Source: Ruminococcus flavefaciens (lineage in GTDB: Bacteria > Bacillota > Clostridia > Oscillospirales > Ruminococcaceae). Taken from it: 64,000 nt of DNA. The position numbers were made by a program, and so were the translations under genes. This document shows positions 58,060 to 64,000 of the stretch, piece by piece. The DNA lies in NCBI GenBank assembly GCA_902766595.1, contig CACXEJ010000072.1, positions 4,709-68,708 on the forward strand, read 5' to 3'. Under the pieces are notes generated by a model that saw only the letters and a program-made list of their open reading frames with translations, had not been told where the DNA came from and searched no databases. The first letter of the stretch is position 1. Every line of letters begins with the position of its first letter.

Positions 58060-58797
58060 TCAGGACGGCTGCCGGAGATCCGGTTCCTGATTGAAATAGG
58101 TCATAGTCTCATCGGAAGGATCCATAAACGCCGGAACAGGTATCATACTGAAATTCTGCACTGAGGTTATCCCGGAAAATACCGGAACATCTACACTTCT
58201 TGCATTGAAATAGCCCTTCGCTGTAACGCTCACGTCAAAGAGGTTATACGGTCTGCTGTCGGGCGACGGAGACTGTGACAGCCCCAGTGCAGGAACCGGC
58301 ACCTCGAACCTCGGCGATGTGCCGTTCAGGTCAGTAACACCGGAAGCGAGTATCATACGATTTCCGCCTACTATCGCAGTTACAAGGACAGTCGCTCCGG
58401 CTATCGCCTCGGACTCCTCCCCGGCACGGACATTCACAAGTATATACCCCTTTGAAGTTCCGAGGCTCTCCTCCGAAACATACTCCGGCGGCTTTGAGTC
58501 CATATCATCGTACATATCCTCATCATCACCGAGATCAGTCAGATCAGGCTCCGGATAGCGTGAATTGTAGTCCTCCTCGACATCTTCAGGATTATCTTCA
58601 TCCTCGTGAGGACCAAAAGCAGAGTCGTCCGGCGCATCAGCATCTACATCTTCTATATCCTCGGAAATACTGCTGTAATCATCACCGTTTCCCTCAGCAG
58701 TGACCGGCTCTGACGAGTGCTCCTCCGGCTCTGGGATCCTTCTGCCGTACATCGCCATCATCTCTCTTTTATATCGTTCAAGATCATTACTGTTCAT
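58060..58797 (-). CDS. Stand-alone SleC N-terminal (pre/pro)-like domain with acidic N-terminus
   Basis: GYILVNV...TDLNG.S....PVP...SQSP...RPY..FDVSVTAKGY......VFSGITSVQ..MIP; start ATG 58797 after AAGGAGG. Confidence 0.7.
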   Translation of the reverse strand: MNSNDLERYKREMMAMYGRRIPEPEEHSSEPVTAEGNGDDYSSISEDIEDVDADAPDDSAFGPHEDEDNPEDVEEDYNSRYPEPDLTDLGDDEDMYDDMDSKPPEYVSEESLGTSKGYILVNVRAGEESEAIAGATVLVTAIVGGNRMILASGVTDLNGTSPRFEVPVPALGLSQSPSPDSRPYNLFDVSVTAKGYFNARSVDVPVFSGITSVQNFSMIPVPAFMDPSDETMTYFNQEPDLRQPS

Positions 58798-58880
58798 TTC
58801 ATACGCCTCCTTTTTCTGATTATATTCATCACAACGTCCGGATATTACAGAAAATGCTCTTTTCAGAGCCCTGTCCGCTA

Positions 58881-58909
58881 TTGACATATAAAGGAATATG
58901 TTGTATAAT
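58881..58909 (+). promoter_or_regulatory. Sigma-A promoter of pdxK
   Basis: TTGACA, 17 bp spacer, TATAAT. Confidence 0.8.
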
Positions 58910-58947
58910 CATTATGCGAGATATGACGTTAAGAAAGAATGATATAT

Positions 58948-59787
58948 ATGAAAAGGATAGTTACAATTCAGGATATTTCCTGCTTTGGCAAGTGTTCGCT
59001 GACAGTCGCCCTGCCTATAATATCGGTTATGGGCATCGAAACAGCTGTCATACCCACAGCAGTCCTCTCAACTCACACCGGAAAAGGCTTTTCAGGCTAT
59101 ACCTTCCGCGAACTGACCAGCGATATTCCGGATATTTCCAGACACTGGCAGTCTATGGATCTGAAATTCGATGCTATCTATACCGGCTATCTTGGTTCGG
59201 TAGAACAGGTGCAGATCGTTTCGGACTTCTTTGACAGCTTCGGCAGAGAGGACAATTTCATCGTCGTTGATCCGGTTCTCGGGGACGGCGGTTCACTGTA
59301 TGCTGGTATGACTCAGGATTTTGTCACTGAGATGAGAAAGCTCTGCCGCAAGGCTGACTACATACTCCCGAATATGACCGAAGCTGCATTTCTGCTCGGT
59401 ATCCCATATTCTCAGGAACACGACCAGAGCTCCGTTGAGAATATTCTCAGGCAGCTTGCCGCTCTCGGCTGTGCGACGCCTATTATTACCGGTGTACGCT
59501 TCGACAGCGAGTCTCAGGGCGCTGCTGCTTATGACTCGGCAAATGACAAATTCTACTACTCATTCAGCAAGAGCGTTGACAAGACCGTTCACGGTACCGG
59601 CGACATTTTTGCAAGCGTTTTCACAGGCGCTGTAACTCTTGGCAAAAGCCTTGAACGCTCCCTGAATATCGCCGTCAGATACACCTATGACTGTATCGAA
59701 GCCACCCTGCCGTGCTTTGACGAAATGTGGTACGGCACCTGCTTTGAAGCCTGTCTCGGCAATCTGATAACCTATCTGAACGAATAG
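58948..59787 (+). CDS. pdxK: Pyridoxal/pyridoxamine kinase
   Basis: IQDISCFGKCSL, PTAVLSTHT, YTGYLGS, VDPVLGD, PNMTEA, HGTGD. Confidence 0.85.
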   Translation: MKRIVTIQDISCFGKCSLTVALPIISVMGIETAVIPTAVLSTHTGKGFSGYTFRELTSDIPDISRHWQSMDLKFDAIYTGYLGSVEQVQIVSDFFDSFGREDNFIVVDPVLGDGGSLYAGMTQDFVTEMRKLCRKADYILPNMTEAAFLLGIPYSQEHDQSSVENILRQLAALGCATPIITGVRFDSESQGAAAYDSANDKFYYSFSKSVDKTVHGTGDIFASVFTGAVTLGKSLERSLNIAVRYTYDCIEATLPCFDEMWYGTCFEACLGNLITYLNE

Positions 59788-59910
59788 CAATTATTAGCCG
59801 ATTGTGACTTGTAACAAGTATTTCAACTATTTTCAGCAAATATCTGCCATTTAAAACAAAACTCCGGCAGAGTATTGACAAATATGCTGCAATAGTGTAA
59901 TATAATAAGG

Positions 59911-59991
59911 TAACAATTGAATATCAATGAAACAATGGCGTTTCGATTGTACAAATATTTTTTACAGTCGAAATGCCTCTTTTTATATTTT
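59911..59991 (+). promoter_or_regulatory. Leader attenuator with an ANTAR-type hexaloop hairpin overlapping a terminator
   Basis: GAAAC-AATGGC-GTTTC (59929-59944) overlaps the 5' arm of GGCGTTTCGATTGTA...TACAGTCGAAATGCC-TCTTTTT (59937-59984). Confidence 0.65.
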
Positions 59992-60007
59992 CAAGGAGGA
60001 TTTATTT

Positions 60008-62113
60008 ATGTCAGAAAAACAGGAATCAAAGAATGTCGCTGACTTTTTCGGCTGTAACGTCTTCAACGACAAGGTTATGCGCGAAAGGCTTCCCAAGGAC
60101 GTTTACAGAGCTGTCCGCAATACCAAGAAGCTCGGCTGTCCGCTCGCTCCCGAGATCGCAGGCGCTGTCGCTCACGCAATGAAGGAATGGGCTATCGAAA
60201 AGGGCGCTACTCATTATACACACTGGTTCCAGCCTATGACCGGCGTAACTGCCGAAAAGCACGACGCTTTCCTCAACCCGGCTGAAAGAGGCGGTATCCT
60301 CCTCGAATTCTCCGGCAAGGAGCTCGTAAAAGGCGAAGCTGACGCTTCTTCATTCCCGTCAGGCGGTCTGCGTTCCACCTTTGAGGCAAGAGGATATACA
60401 GCGTGGGATCCGACTTCAAACGCATTCGTCAAGGACGGTTCGCTCTATATACCTACCGCTTTCACATCATACACCGGTGAAACTCTCGACAAAAAGACTC
60501 CTCTGCTCCGTTCTATGGAGGTACTCAGCGAACAGGCTCTCCGTATCCTCCGTCTCTTCGGAAACACAACTGCAACAAGAGTTATCACTACTGTTGGTCC
60601 TGAACAGGAATACTTCCTCGTTGACAAGAAATACTACGAAGCCCGTGAGGATCTCGTTATAACCGGACGTACACTCTTTGGCGCAAAGCCCCCCAAGGGA
60701 CAGGAGCTCGAGGATCATTACTACGGAAATATCAACCAGAGAGTTTCTGACTATATGAAGGATCTCGACGATGAGCTCTGGAAGCTCGGCATCTATGCCA
60801 AGACAAAGCACAACGAAGTTGCTCCGGCTCAGCACGAGCTCGCTCCCGTTTTCACTAACACAAACTTAGCTGCTGACCACAATCAGCTCACTATGGAAAT
60901 GATGAAGAAGGTCGCTGCAAAGCACGGTCTTTACTGCCTCCTCCACGAAAAGCCTTTCGCAGGCGTAAACGGTTCAGGCAAGCACAACAACTGGTCTATG
61001 TCCTCAAACGACGGTCAGAACCTCCTCAACCCCGGCTCTGATCCCCAGAACAACCTCCAGTTCCTGACCTTCCTCTGCGCTATCATCAAGGGCGTTCACG
61101 AATACGCTCCGCTTCTCAGACTTTCCGCTGCTTCTGCCGGAAACGACCACAGACTCGGCGCAAATGAAGCTCCTCCGGCTATCGTGTCTATGTTCATCGG
61201 TACAGAGCTTCAGGGAGTTATCGACGCACTTGAAGTCGGCGAGAAGTACCGTTCAACAGACGACAAGACCTTCGAGATCGGCGTTGACGTTCTCCCCGAT
61301 TTCCCGAAGGATACAACAGACCGCAACCGTACATCTCCCTTTGCTTTCACCGGAAACAAGTTCGAGTTCCGTATGCTCGGCTCTGCGGACTCAATTTCCT
61401 GCACAAACACTATCATAAATACTATCGTTGCCGAGGAACTCTGCCAGATAGCCGACGAACTCGAAGGCTCAAAGGACTTCAACAGCGACCTCAAGAAGCT
61501 GCTCGCAAAGATAATCAAGGAGCACAAGGCTATCATCTACAACGGCAACGGCTATTCCGACGAATGGCTCAACGAAGCTGTTAACGTAAGAAAGCTCCCC
61601 AACCTTGTTTCAACTCCTGATGCTCTCCCTGAGTACATCACTCCCAAGAGCATTGCACTTTTTGAGAAATTCAAGGTATATACCGAGGCTGAGCTGAAAG
61701 CGCGTACAGAGGTTCTCCTTGAGAATTACAGCAAGGTGCTCAACATCGAAGCTCTCACTATGCTTGAGCTCGTAAAGAAGAATATTCTTCCCGCTTGTAT
61801 CAGATTTACAAAGGATCTCTGCGACACAGGCAACGCGAAGAAGGCTATGGGTATCGAACCCGAGGTCGAAAAGGAACTTGCCGGCAAGATCTCTGACCTA
61901 ACAAAGGCTATCTACAAAGAAGCTGCTGTCCTTGAGGAAAAGGTCATCGCTGCTCAGGACAAGGAGGAAGGTCTCCAGATGGCTCGCTACTACCGCGACG
62001 AGGTATTCGCTCAGATGCAAACACTCCGCGCTATCGTTGACGAGACCGAGACAAATGTAAGCGAAGATTACTGGCCGCTCCCGTCCTACTCCAAGCTCCT
62101 CTTCACTGTCTGA
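60008..62113 (+). CDS. glnN: Glutamine synthetase type III
   Basis: HYTHWFQP, EKHDAF, DASSFPSGG, GPEQEYF, HNEVAP.QHE, NGSGKHNNWS, DRNRTSPFAFTGNKFEFR; start ATG 60008 after AAGGAGG. Confidence 0.93.
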   Translation: MSEKQESKNVADFFGCNVFNDKVMRERLPKDVYRAVRNTKKLGCPLAPEIAGAVAHAMKEWAIEKGATHYTHWFQPMTGVTAEKHDAFLNPAERGGILLEFSGKELVKGEADASSFPSGGLRSTFEARGYTAWDPTSNAFVKDGSLYIPTAFTSYTGETLDKKTPLLRSMEVLSEQALRILRLFGNTTATRVITTVGPEQEYFLVDKKYYEAREDLVITGRTLFGAKPPKGQELEDHYYGNINQRVSDYMKDLDDELWKLGIYAKTKHNEVAPAQHELAPVFTNTNLAADHNQLTMEMMKKVAAKHGLYCLLHEKPFAGVNGSGKHNNWSMSSNDGQNLLNPGSDPQNNLQFLTFLCAIIKGVHEYAPLLRLSAASAGNDHRLGANEAPPAIVSMFIGTELQGVIDALEVGEKYRSTDDKTFEIGVDVLPDFPKDTTDRNRTSPFAFTGNKFEFRMLGSADSISCTNTIINTIVAEELCQIADELEGSKDFNSDLKKLLAKIIKEHKAIIYNGNGYSDEWLNEAVNVRKLPNLVSTPDALPEYITPKSIALFEKFKVYTEAELKARTEVLLENYSKVLNIEALTMLELVKKNILPACIRFTKDLCDTGNAKKAMGIEPEVEKELAGKISDLTKAIYKEAAVLEEKVIAAQDKEEGLQMARYYRDEVFAQMQTLRAIVDETETNVSEDYWPLPSYSKLLFTV

Positions 62114-62132
62114 TAACGGATATATAAAAACT

Positions 62133-62175
62133 AAAAGCTCCCTGAACAGTTTAAGCTGTTCACGGGAGCTTTTTA
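62133..62175. terminator. Bidirectional terminator
   Basis: AAAAGCTCCCTGAACAG...CTGTTCACGGGAGCTTTTT. Confidence 0.8.
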
Positions 62176-62177
62176 TG

Positions 62178-62492
62178 TCACTTTTTCTTTTTCGGTACAG
62201 GAAGTTCATCATACATAGCATTGAGAAGCTCGCTGAGGAACTGTTTATCGTCGATCTCATCTACCAGCAGCATCTCCTTTGCTCCTTCATAAGGGAGTTC
62301 GAGCGGAGCTTCAGGCATTAGCTTCCTTGCAGAGGCAGTTGGCTTAACAAGCAGCCTGTCGTCGTAGATACCTCCGACTATCTTCCCCTGATAATATAAG
62401 ATATACTCCCCCATCATCGCGCGGTACGATATACCGCTCAGATCAGAAAGCTGTTCCAGCACGAAGCCGAGGTATTCTTTGGTCGAAGCCAT
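62178..62492 (-). CDS. TfoX/Sxy N-terminal domain protein
   Basis: MASTKEYL.FVLEQL, RAMMGEY, GGIYDDRLLVK, PYEGAK; GGAGG RBS. Confidence 0.85.
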   Translation of the reverse strand: MASTKEYLGFVLEQLSDLSGISYRAMMGEYILYYQGKIVGGIYDDRLLVKPTASARKLMPEAPLELPYEGAKEMLLVDEIDDKQFLSELLNAMYDELPVPKKKK

Positions 62493-62505
62493 ATTCCCTC
62501 CCCTT

Positions 62506-63294
62506 TCAGATAAGTCCGAAGTGCCTGAGTGCATTTGCTATTCCGTCCTCCTCTATCGGAGTCGTGATATATGACACATACGGATATATTTTTTCTGCAC
62601 CGCCCATTGCGATACTGTTAGGCACAGCCTGAAGCATAGGCAGATCGTTCATACTGTCACCGATCGCGTAGGCATTCTCGTAAGGGATACCGAGCTTTTT
62701 CAGTATAAGATCAATGGCAGTCGCCTTTGAAAAGCCGAGCGGCACGTTCTCATAAAAACCATGTCCGCGGTCGATTATCGAAAAGTATTTACCGACCTCT
62801 TTTTTGAAGAGCTCAAAATCACAGCCGTCGTTTACCCATATAACGAACTTGTCAAAAATAAAGCTGTCGTCCTCGACACGCCCTGTTATGTCAATTCCGC
62901 TCTCAACGAAGTTTTCGAGAAAGTCCCTGAGATCATCTGTGACCGGCGCTTTATCGTCAAAATAGTAGCCGTCTGTGTGCTCGTAGACCGGCGTAACTCC
63001 GCAGCGCCGCATAAGCTCTGCTATCTCACGGCAGAAGCTCTGTTCGAGCTTATTGTGAAGAAGAACTTCACCGCCGTACTCAATGTAAGTTCCGCAGCCG
63101 CATATACAGCCGTCGAAGCCGAGTCCACGGACTTTTTCGCTTATATTGAAAGCGGTCCTGCCGGAATTGATAAAGGTGAGATTGCCTTTTTTGCGCGTCT
63201 CACTGATAGCATATTTCGTGCTTTCAGGTAAAAGCATTCTTGCGTCTTCTGTGACGATAGTACCGTCAATATCGAAAAAAATGATAGAGGACAT
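62506..63294 (-). CDS. Cof-type HAD hydrolase (subfamily IIB)
   Basis: DIDGT, NSGR, SKATAI, GDSMND; TTGACA-17-TATAAT on the minus strand at 63356-63328. Confidence 0.9.
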   Translation of the reverse strand: MSSIIFFDIDGTIVTEDARMLLPESTKYAISETRKKGNLTFINSGRTAFNISEKVRGLGFDGCICGCGTYIEYGGEVLLHNKLEQSFCREIAELMRRCGVTPVYEHTDGYYFDDKAPVTDDLRDFLENFVESGIDITGRVEDDSFIFDKFVIWVNDGCDFELFKKEVGKYFSIIDRGHGFYENVPLGFSKATAIDLILKKLGIPYENAYAIGDSMNDLPMLQAVPNSIAMGGAEKIYPYVSYITTPIEEDGIANALRHFGLI

Positions 63295-63417
63295 TTTTTC
63301 ACTCCTATAAATTATCTGGCTTCTAATATTATAATACATTGTCAGCAATTTGTCAATCATCAGCTATTGCTTTATTTTCCGAGGTGTGGTATAATCTGTC
63401 TGTAAGGAAGTGATACT

Positions 63418-63930
63418 ATGCTGCATATTTACACCGGAAACGGCAAGGGTAAGACCACTGCTGCCGTCGGACTTGCTGTCAGAGCTTGCGGTGCAGGGCT
63501 CAGGGTAGCTGTTTTCCAGTTCCTGAAAAACGGCAGCTCCTCCGAAATAAGCGTCCTCCGCAGTCTGCCGGGAATGACTGTTGAAACCTGCGAATGCTGC
63601 AATAAATTCGTTTTCCGTATGTCGGAGGAGGAAAAGTCTGCGGTCAAAAAAAGGCACAACGAAGAGTTATCTGCTGCTATTGAACTTGTCCGCTCCGGAA
63701 AGGCTGATATGCTGATAATGGACGAACTCATAGGTGCTTTTAATATGAAGCTCGTTGACGAAAATAACGCACTGCTCCTGACTGAGCTTGCCAAGGACTG
63801 TGAGATAGTCCTCACCGGCAGAGATCCCGATGAGCGCTTCATAGCTGCGGCTGATTATGTGAGTGAAATAGCTCCGGTACGCCACCCATATGAAAAAGGC
63901 ATCACCGCCCGCAAGGGTATCGAATACTGA
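63418..63930 (+). CDS. cobO: Cob(I)yrinic acid a,c-diamide adenosyltransferase
   Basis: YTGNGKGKTTAA, QFLK, MDE, LTGR, ADYVSE, HPY..G..ARKGIEY. Confidence 0.9.
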   Translation: MLHIYTGNGKGKTTAAVGLAVRACGAGLRVAVFQFLKNGSSSEISVLRSLPGMTVETCECCNKFVFRMSEEEKSAVKKRHNEELSAAIELVRSGKADMLIMDELIGAFNMKLVDENNALLLTELAKDCEIVLTGRDPDERFIAAADYVSEIAPVRHPYEKGITARKGIEY

Positions 63931-63956
63931 AAAAGCTCCCCACAGGGAGCTTTTTT
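63931..63956. terminator. Bidirectional terminator
   Basis: AAAAGCTCCC-CACA-GGGAGCTTTTTT. Confidence 0.8.
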
Positions 63957-64000
63957 CATTCAGCCTTAGTTTTCCTCATCTCTTCGATTATACGAAGATC
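63956..64000 (-). CDS. 3' end of a convergent gene running out of the window
   Basis: Open frame DLRIIEEMRKTKAE* ending at the terminator. Confidence 0.45.
   Translation of the reverse strand, partial: DLRIIEEMRKTKAE

Noticed and set aside
63361-63417. Cobalamin riboswitch before cobO
   Set aside because: The intergenic space holds only back-to-back promoters

Overview
Chromosomal segment of a cellulosome-producing Ruminococcus-like Firmicute (R. flavefaciens-type dockerins; the taxonomy is inferred from protein motifs). It holds about 48 CDS and two tRNA genes, tRNA-Pro(CGG) and tRNA-Arg(CCT). Housekeeping genes: proC, pyrB, asnB, glgBCDA, rsmA, pta, gltX, metG, type III glutamine synthetase, pdxK, cobO and an XerC-like recombinase. 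Dockerin proteins: GH16-CBM, GH9-CBM3, BspA-LRR and a CE2-type SGNH esterase. Sporulation genes: spoIIE, spoIIM-like and a split sleC. No transposase, prophage, CRISPR array or rRNA was seen. The main unexplained signal is a structured ~120-140 bp non-coding element lying directly behind BOTH tRNA genes, 36 kb apart: one copy after tRNA-Pro and two tandem copies after tRNA-Arg. Its TTCCAC hairpin recurs as the terminator of the gene next to tRNA-Pro, which encodes a DHH phosphodiesterase fused to two TLEG/PGDYG-like domains. Other oddities: a catalytically dead M4-peptidase/VWA/zinc-ribbon membrane protein cluster, a stand-alone NrdD glycyl-radical-tail homologue lacking the radical Gly, a PyrB fused to the PyrI Zn domain, an ANTAR-type attenuator ahead of GSIII, a Spo0A-type promoter at spoIIE, and a frameshifted NUDIX gene. 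All family calls are by motif recognition; no database search was run.
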